From: a plasmid
Strand: one strand, 5' to 3'
DNA length: 64,000 bases
Sequence record: NZ_CP044080.1
Position 1 is the first letter of the stretch. The number at the start of each line of letters is the position of its first letter. The position numbers were made by a program, and so were the translations under genes. Below, piece after piece: positions 9,213-21,177 of this stretch. Below the pieces are notes generated by a model that worked only from the letters and a program-made list of their open reading frames with translations, searched no databases and had not been told where the DNA came from.

Positions 9213-9920
9213 ATGCAGCAAGGCCAGATAACGTATTGCGGTCCCGCGCCGCTGCCGGGGGAACTCTGGACGGCGTGGAACGGCGATCCGTGGCTGATCG
9301 CGGCGCTGGTCCTGGCGGCGCTGGCGGGCTGGCGGGTGCCGTCGCGGGCGGCATGGCTCGCGGGCGTGGCGGTGCTGGCGGTCGCCTTCATCTCTCCGCT
9401 TTGCGCCTTGGCCAGCGCGCTTTTTTCGGCCCGGGTGCTGCACCATGTCCTGATCGTCGCCGTCGCGGCGCCCTTGCTGGCCCGGGGCGCGGGCTGGCAG
9501 GCGCGGGCCGGGGGCGCCGCCTTCCTGGCCCATCTGGGCGCCGTCTGGCTGTGGCATCTGCCCCAGCCCTATGCGGCGGCGCTGGCCTCGGTCCCGGTCT
9601 ATTGGCTGATGGAGATCACGTTGCTGGCCAGCGCCCTGTGGCTGTGGTCCGCGATGCTGCATGCCGCGCGCGCGGGCCAGGCGGTGGCGCTGGCCCTGGG
9701 AACGCTGCTGCAGATGGGCATGCTGGGCGCGCTTCTGACCTTTGCCCGCCGCCCGCTGTATGAGGCGCATTTCGCCACCACCCAGCCCTTCGGCCTGACC
9801 GCGCTGGCCGACCAGCAGCTTGCCGGCCTGATGATGTGGGTGCCGGCGGCGCTGCCTTATCTGGGGCTCGCGCTCTGGCGCCTGACGGGGCATCTGCTGC
9901 CCGCCGGCGAGCGCGCATGA
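9213..9920 (+). CDS. ctaG: cytochrome c oxidase assembly factor CtaG (Caa3_CtaG family) membrane protein
   Basis: Polytopic membrane protein with Caa3_CtaG-like W-rich helices (VWLWHLPQPY, LWLWSAMLHAA), sitting next to coxB/coxA. Confidence 0.65.
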   Translation: MQQGQITYCGPAPLPGELWTAWNGDPWLIAALVLAALAGWRVPSRAAWLAGVAVLAVAFISPLCALASALFSARVLHHVLIVAVAAPLLARGAGWQARAGGAAFLAHLGAVWLWHLPQPYAAALASVPVYWLMEITLLASALWLWSAMLHAARAGQAVALALGTLLQMGMLGALLTFARRPLYEAHFATTQPFGLTALADQQLAGLMMWVPAALPYLGLALWRLTGHLLPAGERA

Positions 9921-10414
9921 TCGAGATCCTCAAGGCCCTGCACATCGCCGCCATTGCCGGATGGAGCGCGGGCCTGCTGTGCCTGCCGTCGCTTTACGTC
10001 CAGCGTTGCCACGTCGGCAGCCGGGACGAACTGCACCGCCTGCAGGCACTGGTCCGCTTTGCCTATATCAACCTGGTCTCGCCCCTGGCCTTCGTCGCCG
10101 TCGCCAGCGGCACGGCGCTGATCTTCGCCCGCTCGGTCGTGGCGCCCTGGTTCGCGCTCAAGCTGGCGCTGGTGCTGGGCATGAGCTTTCTGCACGTCCT
10201 GACCGGCCTTGTGGTGATCCGCCTGTTCCGCGAGGGCGAGCGTTACCCCACCTGGCGCTTCGTGCTGGCCACACTGGTCGCGGCGGCGCTGGTCCTGGGC
10301 ATCCTGTGGCTGGTGCTGGCCAAGCCCGCCCTGCCCCCGGCACCGGCCGCGTTCTTTCGGCCCGGCGCGCTGCAGGATCTGCTGGCCCCCCTCAATCCTT
10401 GGGCGACACCATGA
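9917..10414 (+). CDS. small integral membrane protein of unknown function in the oxidase cluster
   Basis: ATGA-coupled to ctaG (start MIEILKALHIAA); four predicted TM helices; no recognisable catalytic motif. Confidence 0.5.
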   Translation: MIEILKALHIAAIAGWSAGLLCLPSLYVQRCHVGSRDELHRLQALVRFAYINLVSPLAFVAVASGTALIFARSVVAPWFALKLALVLGMSFLHVLTGLVVIRLFREGERYPTWRFVLATLVAAALVLGILWLVLAKPALPPAPAAFFRPGALQDLLAPLNPWATP

Positions 10415-10955
10415 GGCCGATGCCGTGATCGAAGATCAGCTTGCCGCCATGCCAGCCCGCGATGGCCGTCGTCAGCACCCCCACGACCGACAGGGCCAGC
10501 CCCTGGGGCAGCACCGCCTGCGGATCGGCCAGCCGCAGGCCCCAGTTCGCTCCCGCGATGGCGACCAGGGTCATGCCGGCGATGCCATGGGCCCAGCTGG
10601 CCGCGCGCGCCCGGATGCCGGGCACGGCCAGCAGCTCGACCGTGCCGACCACCGCCGCCCCCGCCCCGGCCACGAAGGTTCCGCCCGAGGACCACAGCCC
10701 CACCCGCAGCCAGAACGGATCGCCCCCCCACCAATAGATCAGGTCGACCCCCAGGGTGCAGATCATCAGCGCGATGGGGAAATGCACGGCCATGGCGTGC
10801 AGCGGATGGCCGGCGACCGCGATGGCCGAGTCGGTGGACTTTTCCTCGACCTTGGCGATCACCGGGTTTTCGTCGCTGCCATGGGTCTCGTCCGCGATGT
10901 CGCCAAGGGTGCTCCCGCGTTCCTCGTCGGTGTTCCCGGTCGTCTCGCGGCTCAT
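10392..10955 (-). CDS. DUF2231-like membrane protein
   Basis: Acidic N-terminus followed by three TM helices (AVHFPIALMICTLGVDLIYWW…). Real start is the ATG at 10955 with SD AAGGGGG; the longer track ORF is a high-GC extension. Confidence 0.55.
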   Translation of the reverse strand: MSRETTGNTDEERGSTLGDIADETHGSDENPVIAKVEEKSTDSAIAVAGHPLHAMAVHFPIALMICTLGVDLIYWWGGDPFWLRVGLWSSGGTFVAGAGAAVVGTVELLAVPGIRARAASWAHGIAGMTLVAIAGANWGLRLADPQAVLPQGLALSVVGVLTTAIAGWHGGKLIFDHGIGLMVSPKD

Positions 10956-11006
10956 GGCGGCCCCCTTGTTGGCAGATGCGTTCCCCTGACAAGGCCGGGC
11001 CGGGCG

Positions 11007-11660
11007 TTGGGGTTCCTTGGGCTGCTGCTGGCCCCGAACCTTGCGGGCGCGGCCGACCTGTCTGTGCTGGCCCCCGCAGGCCCCGCGGCACGGGGCATCG
11101 CGACGCTCTGGTGGTGGATGTTCTGGGGCGCGGCGGCAATCTTTGCCGGGGTGATGGCGCTGTTCCTGCTGCTGCTGTCCCGCCCCGAGGCGCTGCGCCG
11201 CACCAGCCCGCGCCTGTGGCTGCTGGGCGGCGGTGTGGTCTTTCCGTTGCCCGTCGTCACCGTGCTGACCCTTGCCGCGCTGGTCCAGGGCGGCACCCTG
11301 CTGGGCGACAGCCTGACCGGCGCCACCCCCCTGCGCATCGAGGCCGAGGCCCGCATGTGGGAATGGCGCTTCCGCTATCCCGACACCGACATGCCCGAGA
11401 CGGTGAACCGCCTGCACCTGCCCGTCGGCCGCGATGTCGAGATCCGGGTGACCAGCCTCGACGTCATCCACAGCTTCTGGATTCCGCGCCTGGGCGGCAA
11501 GATCGACGCCATTCCGGGCCATGACAACCGCATCCTGCTGCATGCCGACCAGGCGGGGGAATTCGGCGGCGTCTGTTCGGAATACTGCGGCATCGGCCAT
11601 GCCGAGATGCTGTTCACCGCCCAGGCGCATGACGCATGGCCGGCGGACCTGCCCCAATGA
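11007..11660 (+). CDS. coxB: cytochrome c oxidase subunit II (short form, CuA centre)
   Basis: CuA ligand motifs HSFWIPRLGGKID and CSEYCGIGHAEM; signal-like N-terminus and two TM helices. Start is uncertain (TTG at 11007 proposed). No C-terminal cytochrome c domain. Confidence 0.65.
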   Translation: MGFLGLLLAPNLAGAADLSVLAPAGPAARGIATLWWWMFWGAAAIFAGVMALFLLLLSRPEALRRTSPRLWLLGGGVVFPLPVVTVLTLAALVQGGTLLGDSLTGATPLRIEAEARMWEWRFRYPDTDMPETVNRLHLPVGRDVEIRVTSLDVIHSFWIPRLGGKIDAIPGHDNRILLHADQAGEFGGVCSEYCGIGHAEMLFTAQAHDAWPADLPQ

Positions 11661-14095
11661 CGGAACGCCCCATGACCCCTGCGCCGCCACCCCTGTCCCC
11701 CATCCGCCGCCACAAGCAGCTGGAACGCATCTGGGCGACGGCGCCCGGCTGGGGGCGACTGGCGGCGGTGAACCATACCGTGATCGGTCGGCGCTTCATG
11801 GCGGTGGCGCTGGTCTTTTTCACCATCGGCGGGCTTCTGGCGATGCTTCTGCGCACGCAGCTTGCCTCGCGCGCCAGCCCCTTCATGGAGCCGGGGACCT
11901 ATGCGCAGGTCTTTACCATGCACGGGACGGTGATGATGTTCCTGTTCGCCATCCCGTTCTTCGAGGGGCTGGCGATGTATTTGCTGCCAAAGATGCTGGG
12001 CACCCGCGACATGGCCTTTCCGCGGCTCTCGGCCTATGGCTTCTGGTGTTACCTGTTCGGCGGCCTCATCCTGATCGCGGCCCTGCTTCTGGGCGTCGCG
12101 CCCGACGCGGGCTGGTTCATGTACACGCCGCTGTCCTCGGGCACCTACAGCCCCGGGATCAACGCGGATGTCTGGCTGCTGGGCATCACCTTCGTCGAGA
12201 TCTCGGCCCTGTCCGCCGCCATCGAGCTGATCGTGACCATCCTCAAGTCCCGCGCCGCGGGCATGTCGCTGGACCGGATGCCGATCCTGGCCTGGGCGAT
12301 GCTGGTCGTGGGCGGCATGATGCTGCTGGGCTTTCCGCCGCTGATCCTGGGCTCGATCCTGCTCGAGGTCGAACGCGCCTTCGGCCTGCCCTTCTTCGAC
12401 CCGACGCGCGGGGGCGATCCGCTGCTGTGGCAGCACCTGTTCTGGCTGTTCGGCCACCCCGAGGTCTATATCATCTTCCTGCCCGCCGCCGGGGTGCTCT
12501 CGACCGTCATCCCGGTGTTCTCGGCCCCACCGGGGGCACGCCAGCCGCTGGTTGGATACCGGGCGGTGGTGGCCGCGATGGTGGCCACGGGCTTTCTGTC
12601 CTTCGGCCTGTGGGTGCACCACATGTTCGCCACCGGCATCCCGCATCTGGGACTGGCAGTGTTCTCGATCGCCAGCGCCCTGATCGCCGTGCCGACGGCG
12701 GTGCAGCTTTTCGCCTGGCTTGCGACCATGGCGGCGGGGCGGCCGCGCTTTTCCATTCCGATGCTGCATGTCGGCGGCTTCATGGCCGTCTTTGTCTGCG
12801 GCGGGCTGACCGGGGTGATGCTGGCCATGGTGCCCTTCGATCTGCAGGCGCACGATACCCATTTCGTGGTCGCGCATCTGCATTACGTCCTGATCGGAGG
12901 CTTCGTCTTTCCGATGATGGCCGCAGCCTATTACTGGCTGCCGCACCTCAGCGGCCGCCAGCCCATCTGGCACCTGTCCCATGCCGCCTTCTGGACCGTC
13001 TTTGCCGGAATCAACATCACATTCCTGGGGATGCACCTGACCGGGCTCTGGGGCATGACGCGGCGGCTTGACCGCTATACCGACCCGGGGTGGGAGGTGC
13101 TGAACTTCATCTCGTCGATGGGCGGCTTCGTCACCACCATCGGTTTCGCGCTGGTGGCGCTGGACCTGATCCTGCTGGCGCGCTTCGGCCGCCCCTTCCG
13201 CCGCGATCCCTGGGGCGCGGGGACGCTGGAATGGGCGATGCCAACGCCGCCGCCCTCCTATGCCTTCGCCGCGGTGCCCGTGCTGGGGCCGAACGGCGCG
13301 CTGCCCTCGGGCCGGGCACTGGCGGCCGGCCAGGGCCTGCTGGCCCAGCCGCGCGGCGAGATGGAGATCCTGGGCGTCGACCCGCTGTCCGGGGCACCGC
13401 GCCAGATCATCATCCTGCCGAAGCCCACCTTCCTGCCGCTCTGGACCGCGCTCGCGACCGGGGGGTTCTTCCTGTGCCTGCTTTTCAAGATCTACGCTCT
13501 TGCGCCGCTGATGGTGCTGGCGGTGACGGCGCTGTTCCTGCGGTGGACCCGGACCACGCCCGCGCCCGCGACGCTGGACGCGGGCGGCGGGCTGATGCTG
13601 CCGAACCACGTCGCCAGCGGCGATGCCCCCTCGCTTTGGGCCATGCGGCTGGCGATCGCGGCGGATGCGACGGCCTTTGCCTCGCTGGTCTTCGGGGCGG
13701 CCTTCCTGGCGCTGTCCGCCCCCGGCTGGCCGCCGCCCGCATGGCCCCAGCCGGGCTGGCCGGCGCTGCTGCCGGGCGCGCTTGCCCTGCTGGTCCTTCT
13801 TCTGCCGGCCGAGCGCGTGGCGATCCCCGCCCAGGCCCTGATCCTGGCGCTGTTCGCCTGGGTGCTGTGGCAGACCACCGGCACGACCCGGCACGCCGCG
13901 CCGGCGGCGCTGGCGGCGGTCTGGGCCTATGCCGCGATCCATGCGGGCCTGGGCCTGGTCCTTGCCGGCTGGGCCAGCCGCGTGCCCCCGGACCAGCGCC
14001 ACCTGTCCCGCCTCTGGCAACGCTACGCCGCGCTTCTGACCCTGGCGGCGGCGGGTTTTCCCACGGCGCTGCGCCTGCTGGCCGAGGTCGCCTGA
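11657..14095 (+). CDS. coxA: cytochrome c oxidase subunit I fused to a subunit III-like C-terminal domain
   Basis: Heme-copper oxidase subunit I signatures (WFFGHPEVY-like LFWLFGHPEVYIIFLPAAG, HHMF, HDTHFVVAHLHYV) in an 819-aa protein whose C-terminal ~250 aa form additional TM helices. ATGA overlap with coxB. Confidence 0.8.
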   Translation: MTERPMTPAPPPLSPIRRHKQLERIWATAPGWGRLAAVNHTVIGRRFMAVALVFFTIGGLLAMLLRTQLASRASPFMEPGTYAQVFTMHGTVMMFLFAIPFFEGLAMYLLPKMLGTRDMAFPRLSAYGFWCYLFGGLILIAALLLGVAPDAGWFMYTPLSSGTYSPGINADVWLLGITFVEISALSAAIELIVTILKSRAAGMSLDRMPILAWAMLVVGGMMLLGFPPLILGSILLEVERAFGLPFFDPTRGGDPLLWQHLFWLFGHPEVYIIFLPAAGVLSTVIPVFSAPPGARQPLVGYRAVVAAMVATGFLSFGLWVHHMFATGIPHLGLAVFSIASALIAVPTAVQLFAWLATMAAGRPRFSIPMLHVGGFMAVFVCGGLTGVMLAMVPFDLQAHDTHFVVAHLHYVLIGGFVFPMMAAAYYWLPHLSGRQPIWHLSHAAFWTVFAGINITFLGMHLTGLWGMTRRLDRYTDPGWEVLNFISSMGGFVTTIGFALVALDLILLARFGRPFRRDPWGAGTLEWAMPTPPPSYAFAAVPVLGPNGALPSGRALAAGQGLLAQPRGEMEILGVDPLSGAPRQIIILPKPTFLPLWTALATGGFFLCLLFKIYALAPLMVLAVTALFLRWTRTTPAPATLDAGGGLMLPNHVASGDAPSLWAMRLAIAADATAFASLVFGAAFLALSAPGWPPPAWPQPGWPALLPGALALLVLLLPAERVAIPAQALILALFAWVLWQTTGTTRHAAPAALAAVWAYAAIHAGLGLVLAGWASRVPPDQRHLSRLWQRYAALLTLAAAGFPTALRLLAEVA

Positions 14096-14112
14096 CGCCG
14101 GCCATGGAAAAA

Positions 14113-14138
14113 GGGGCGCGACCCGCCGGCCGCGCCCC
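14113..14138. terminator. bidirectional rho-independent terminator between coxA and katG
   Basis: GGGGCGCG-acccgccggc-CGCGCCCC (8-bp GC stem), flanked by an A-run on one side and a T-rich stretch on the other. Confidence 0.55.
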
Positions 14139-14161
14139 CTTGTTCGTCACCGCACCCTGCC

Positions 14162-16521
<2,360 letters not shown>

Positions 16522-17460
16522 ATGATGAACATTACCCTCAGGCAGTTGCGCTATTTCGATGCGCTGGCGCGGCACGGCCATTTCGGACGCGCCGCCGACG
16601 ACTGCGCGATTTCCCAGCCGGCCCTGTCCATGCAGATCAAGGAGCTTGAGGAATCCGTCGGCGTACCCCTGTTCGAACGCGGCGGCCGCCGGCTGCGGAT
16701 GACGGCCTTTGGCGAGCTTTTCGCCGAACGCGCCCGCGACATCCTGCGCGGCATGGACGAATTGCACGACCTGGCCCGGACCGCGCGCGTCCACCTGACG
16801 GGGCGGCTGCGCATCGGCATCATTCCGACCATCGCCCCCTATCTGCTGCCCGGGATCATCGCCAAGCTGACGGCGCGCTTCCCCTATCTGGAACTCGGCC
16901 TGCGCGAGGCGGTGACGACCCGCCTGCTGGACGAACTGCGCGAGGGGCAGCTTGACGCGGTGATCCTGGCGCTGCCCATCTCGGACCCGGGCCTGACCGA
17001 AGTGCCGCTGTTTGCCGAACGCTTCGTCCTGGTGCGCCCCGACAGCGACCGCGACAAGCCGGTTCCCAGTCGCGACAAGCTGCACGAGATGCGGCTTTTG
17101 CTGCTTGAGGAGGGGCACTGCTTTCGCGATCAGGCGCTGTCCTTTTGCAACATGCGCCCGGCCCGCCCGCGCGAACTGCTGGACGGCAGTTCGCTGTCCA
17201 CGCTGGTCCAGATGGTCGGCGCGGGCATCGGCGTGACCCTGATCCCGGAAATGGCGGTTCCGGTCGAAACCCATTCGGCCCCGGTGTCGGTCGCCCGCTT
17301 CCCCGATCCCCAGCCCGCGCGGACCATCGGGCTGATCTGGCGCAAGACGAACCCGTTGGCCGGACGGCTGGCGGAACTGGCCGAGGTGGTGCGCGAGGCG
17401 GCCGAGGCGCAGGGCCTGGCGGCGCGCGGTCCCGTCCGGGACCCGGCGGACACGCCCTAG
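16522..17460 (+). CDS. oxyR: LysR-family hydrogen peroxide sensor/regulator OxyR
   Basis: LysR N-terminal HTH; redox-cysteine region LLLEEGHCFRDQALSFC matches OxyR C199/C208; divergent from katG. Confidence 0.9.
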   Translation: MMNITLRQLRYFDALARHGHFGRAADDCAISQPALSMQIKELEESVGVPLFERGGRRLRMTAFGELFAERARDILRGMDELHDLARTARVHLTGRLRIGIIPTIAPYLLPGIIAKLTARFPYLELGLREAVTTRLLDELREGQLDAVILALPISDPGLTEVPLFAERFVLVRPDSDRDKPVPSRDKLHEMRLLLLEEGHCFRDQALSFCNMRPARPRELLDGSSLSTLVQMVGAGIGVTLIPEMAVPVETHSAPVSVARFPDPQPARTIGLIWRKTNPLAGRLAELAEVVREAAEAQGLAARGPVRDPADTP

Positions 17461-18182
17461 CGGGCCAGCCAGCCCCCGTCCACGTTCAGGACCGCGCCGT
17501 TGACATAATCCGAGGCGGGGGCCGCCAGATAGACGGCGCTTTGACCGATATCCTCGGGCCGGCCCCAGCGGCCGGCGGGGATGCGGTCGAGGATGGCGCG
17601 CGACCGATCCGGGTCGGCGCGCAGGGCCTCGGTGTTGTTCGTCTCGATATAGCCGGGGGCGATGGCGTTCACGTTCAGCCCCTTTGCGGCCCATTCGTTG
17701 GCCAGCAGCTTGGTCAGCCCGGCCACGCCATGCTTGCTGGCGGTATAGGACGGCACCCGGATGCCGCCCTGGAACGACAGAAGGCTGGCGATGTTGACGA
17801 TCTTGCCACGCCCGCGCGGGATCGCAGCGCGGGCGAAGGCCTGGCAGGTGAAGAACACCGCCTTCAGGTTCACGTCCATCACCGCGTCCCAGTCGGCCTC
17901 GGTGAAATCCACCGCATCGTCGCGGCGGATGATGCCGGCGTTGTTGACCAGGATGTCGATGCGTTCGGCGGCAAAGACATCCCGCGCCGCCATCGGGTCG
18001 CTGAAATCCAGCCGCAAGCCGCGCCCGGACCCCATCAGCGCCAGCGTCTGATCGCAGTCGCGGCGGCCTGCGGCGATGACCTCGGCGCCGGCCTGGGCCA
18101 TGGCGACGGCGATGGCCTGGCCGATCCCGGTGTTCGCGCCCGTGACCAGCGCCACCTGCCCCTGCAGCGAAAACGGGTTCAT
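17457..18182 (-). CDS. kduD: 2-dehydro-3-deoxy-D-gluconate 5-dehydrogenase (SDR)
   Basis: SDR motifs (TGANTGIGQA, catalytic YxxxK in YTASKHGVAGLTK); adjacent to kduI. Confidence 0.8.
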   Translation of the reverse strand: MNPFSLQGQVALVTGANTGIGQAIAVAMAQAGAEVIAAGRRDCDQTLALMGSGRGLRLDFSDPMAARDVFAAERIDILVNNAGIIRRDDAVDFTEADWDAVMDVNLKAVFFTCQAFARAAIPRGRGKIVNIASLLSFQGGIRVPSYTASKHGVAGLTKLLANEWAAKGLNVNAIAPGYIETNNTEALRADPDRSRAILDRIPAGRWGRPEDIGQSAVYLAAPASDYVNGAVLNVDGGWLAR

Positions 18183-19003
18183 CGCAGATCCTCCGGCTGG
18201 ACGAAGTCCATGTCCGTGTAATCCACGTTGTCGCCCGCCATCGCCCAGATGAAGGTATAGCCGCCGATCCCCGCCCCCGCATGGATCGACCAGGGCGGAG
18301 AGATCACCGCCTGTTCATTGGCGACGAAGACGTGGCGCGTCTCCTGCGGCTCGCCCATCAGGTGCAGGACGCGGGCCTGCGGCTCCATGCCGTGGTAAAG
18401 ATAGGCCTCCATCCGCCGGTCGTGGACATGGGCCGGCATGGTGTTCCAGACCGACCCATCCTCAAGCGTGGTATAGCCCAGGACCAGCTGGCAGCTTTCC
18501 ATGACCAGCGGATGGATGAACTGGCGGATCGTGCGCTTGTTCGAGGTCTCGACCGCGCCGGTCTTCATCTCCTTGGCATCGGCCACGGTCACCAGCCGCG
18601 CGGGCAGCGCCCGATGCGCCGGGCAGGAGGTGATGTAGAACCGCCCCTGCCCCGAGAACGTCACCGGCCCCGCGCCCATGCCCAGGTAAAGCACGTCGCC
18701 CTGCGCCATGTCCCAGCCCTGTCCCCCGGCCTCGACCCGGCCGGGGCCGCCGATGTTGACGACGCCCATCTCGCGCCGCTCCAGGAAGGTGGCGGTCTTC
18801 GTCTCGGCGATCCGATCCAGCACCAGGGCCGCGCCGTCCGGCACCGCGGCCCCGACGACGAAACGGTCGTAATGGGTATAGACCAGCCGGATCTCGCCGG
18901 GGGCAAAGATGCCCTCGGCCAGGAAATGGCGGCGCAGGGCGGCGGTGTCCATCGCGCGGGCATGATCGGGATGGACCGCCTGGCGGGTTTCGACATGGAT
19001 CAT
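18179..19003 (-). CDS. kduI: 5-dehydro-4-deoxy-D-glucuronate isomerase
   Basis: KduI family (two cupin domains, ~275 aa); start trimmed to MIHVETRQ (ATG at 19003). Confidence 0.85.
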   Translation of the reverse strand: MIHVETRQAVHPDHARAMDTAALRRHFLAEGIFAPGEIRLVYTHYDRFVVGAAVPDGAALVLDRIAETKTATFLERREMGVVNIGGPGRVEAGGQGWDMAQGDVLYLGMGAGPVTFSGQGRFYITSCPAHRALPARLVTVADAKEMKTGAVETSNKRTIRQFIHPLVMESCQLVLGYTTLEDGSVWNTMPAHVHDRRMEAYLYHGMEPQARVLHLMGEPQETRHVFVANEQAVISPPWSIHAGAGIGGYTFIWAMAGDNVDYTDMDFVQPEDLR

Positions 19004-19014
19004 CTTGGGGCCTT

Positions 19015-19296
19015 TCACAGGAAATCGTCGCGGCGGGGCGTGAAGCTGTCGATCAGCGTCCCGGCCTCCAGGCATTCGCAGCCATGTTCGGCGCCCGAGA
19101 GGATGACGAACGCATCCCCCGGGCCCACCTCAAGGCTGCGGCCGTCCACCGAAAAGCGGTAGCGCCCGGATTGCACATAGGTCGATTGCACATGCGGGTG
19201 GCTGTGCAGATCGCCCCGGTCGCCGGTCCGGAAATCAAAGCGGACGACCATCAGGTCTGGCGCGTGGGCCAGCACGGTGCGGACAGGCGCGCTCAT
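19015..19296 (-). CDS. kdgF: small cupin protein, KdgF-like (uronate metabolism)
   Basis: 93-aa cupin with metal motifs HSHPHVQ…GAEHG. ATGA-coupled to dctM inside a kdu/uxa cluster, which is the usual KdgF context. Confidence 0.55.
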   Translation of the reverse strand: MSAPVRTVLAHAPDLMVVRFDFRTGDRGDLHSHPHVQSTYVQSGRYRFSVDGRSLEVGPGDAFVILSGAEHGCECLEAGTLIDSFTPRRDDFL

Positions 19297-20573
19297 CGGA
19301 ACACCCCCGGCAGCCACAGCGACAGGGCGGGGATATAGGTCACCATCAGCAGCACGACCAGCCCGGCGGCATAGAACGGCCAGACGCTGCGCATCGCCTC
19401 CCAGATCGAGATGCGGGCGACGGCGGCGGCGACGAACTGCACCGGACCCAGCGGCGGAGTGTTCAGCCCGATCCCCAGATTCAGGATCATGATGACGCCG
19501 AAATGCACCGGATCGACGCCGAAGGCGCTGACGACGGGCAGGAAGATCGGCGTGGTGATGATGATCAGCGGGCTCATGTCCATGAAGGTGCCCAGGACCA
19601 GTAGCACGATGTTGATCATCAGCAGGATCACGAAGGGATTGTCCGAAACCGACTGCATCCAGTTCAGCGAGATCTGCGCGACGTGCAGATAGGCCATCAG
19701 CCAGCCGAAGGCCCCGGCCATGCCGATGATCAGCAGGACCATGGCGGTGGTGCGCACCGCCTGCTGGGTGGCGTGGACGAAATCGCGCCAGGACATGCTG
19801 CGATAGACCAGCGCCGTGACAAGCAGCGCATAGACCACCGCCACGCAGGAGCTTTCCGTCGCCGTGAACATGCCCGAACGCACGCCGCCGAAGATGATGG
19901 CGATCAGCAGCATCCCGGGCAGCGATTGCAGCAGGTAATAGCCGACGCGGCCGAAACCCGGAAACGGCTCGGTCGGATAGCCGCGCTTGCGGGCGACCAG
20001 CCAGGCGGTGATCGACAGCGCCAGCGCCAGCAGCAGGCCCGGGATGATCCCCGCCGTGAACAGGTCGGCAATCGAGATCCGCCCCCCGCCCGAGATCGAA
20101 TAGATGATCATATTGTGGCTGGGCGGCAGCAGCAGCGCGATCAGCGCCGCCATCGATGTCACGTTGACCGCGTAATCGGCGCCATAGCCGCGCGCCTTCA
20201 TCTGCGGGATCATGATGCCGCCGACCGCCGCCGCCTCGGCCACGGCGGATCCCGAAATGCCGCCGAACAGGGTTGATGCGGCGATGTTGACCTGCCCCAG
20301 CCCGCCCCGGACATGCCCGATCAGCGAGCCGGCAAAGGCCACGATCTTGGCCGCGATGCCTCCGCGCACCATCAGGTCGCCCGCGAAGATGAAGAAGGGG
20401 ATCGCCATCAGCGTAAAGACCGAGATCCCGGCCGACACGCGCTGGAACACCACCAGGGGCGGCAGGCCCAGCCAGGCCACGGTCGCGAGGCTCGAGATGC
20501 CGAGGCAAAAGGCGATCGGCGTGCCGATCAGCATGAGCGCGGTGAAGACGCCGAACAGGATCAGGTATTCCAT
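19293..20573 (-). CDS. dctM: TRAP transporter large permease
   Basis: 426 aa, 12+ TM helices, DctM family. Confidence 0.9.
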   Translation of the reverse strand: MEYLILFGVFTALMLIGTPIAFCLGISSLATVAWLGLPPLVVFQRVSAGISVFTLMAIPFFIFAGDLMVRGGIAAKIVAFAGSLIGHVRGGLGQVNIAASTLFGGISGSAVAEAAAVGGIMIPQMKARGYGADYAVNVTSMAALIALLLPPSHNMIIYSISGGGRISIADLFTAGIIPGLLLALALSITAWLVARKRGYPTEPFPGFGRVGYYLLQSLPGMLLIAIIFGGVRSGMFTATESSCVAVVYALLVTALVYRSMSWRDFVHATQQAVRTTAMVLLIIGMAGAFGWLMAYLHVAQISLNWMQSVSDNPFVILLMINIVLLVLGTFMDMSPLIIITTPIFLPVVSAFGVDPVHFGVIMILNLGIGLNTPPLGPVQFVAAAVARISIWEAMRSVWPFYAAGLVVLLMVTYIPALSLWLPGVFR

Positions 20574-20576
20574 GGT

Positions 20577-21113
20577 TCAGGCCTCGCTCATCAGGACGTC
20601 TTCGGCGTCGGGGGCTTCGTCGGCGCGCGCCCGCCCGGTCAGCCTGTTCAGGACATGTTCGGTGATGAACAGGGTGATCAGCACGCCGCCCACGAACAGC
20701 GGCATGTAGCCGAAGCCCCCGGGCAGGCGGATCACCGGCAGGGTCGTGCCCCAGGTCCTGGACATCAGCTGCCAGCCATAGACCGTCATGCCGACGCCAA
20801 AGACCAGCACGGCCAAGTCCGAGCCGAGGCGCAGCCATTTTCCCGCCCCCTCGGGCAGGAAATGCAGCAGCACGTCGAAGCCCATGTGGAAATTCTCGTG
20901 CACGCCGACGGCCGAACCCAGGAAGATGAACCAGCTCATCAACAGGATGGCGGTGGGCTCGACCCACAGCAGGCTGTGGTTCAGCACATAGCGCGCAAAG
21001 ACCTGCGCAAAGACGATGACGGTCATGGCGATCAGCCCGGACCCGGCCAGCCACAGGCTGGCGCGGGACAGCAGGCGGTTCAGCCGGGACAATGCGGCAA
21101 TGCTGCGACGCAT
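20577..21113 (-). CDS. dctQ: TRAP transporter small permease
   Basis: 178 aa, four TM helices, DctQ family; 3 nt upstream of dctM. Confidence 0.85.
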   Translation of the reverse strand: MRRSIAALSRLNRLLSRASLWLAGSGLIAMTVIVFAQVFARYVLNHSLLWVEPTAILLMSWFIFLGSAVGVHENFHMGFDVLLHFLPEGAGKWLRLGSDLAVLVFGVGMTVYGWQLMSRTWGTTLPVIRLPGGFGYMPLFVGGVLITLFITEHVLNRLTGRARADEAPDAEDVLMSEA

Positions 21114-21177
21114 GGCGGCGCCCCCTCCTTTTGTCTCAAGGAACCAAGGCCCGCGGACGATGCCGCGGGCCGGGCGA

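Noticed and set aside
11375-14020. 881-aa minus-strand ORF opposite coxB/coxA
   Set aside because: Arg/Gly/Pro/Gln-rich antisense reading of the oxidase genes; the plus strand carries the conserved heme-copper motifs.
19015-21054. 679-aa minus-strand ORF overlapping dctM/dctQ
   Set aside because: Only the last 93 codons (19015-19296) form a plausible cupin gene. Upstream it runs in an alternative frame through dctM/dctQ, which have strong TRAP permease signatures in their own frames.
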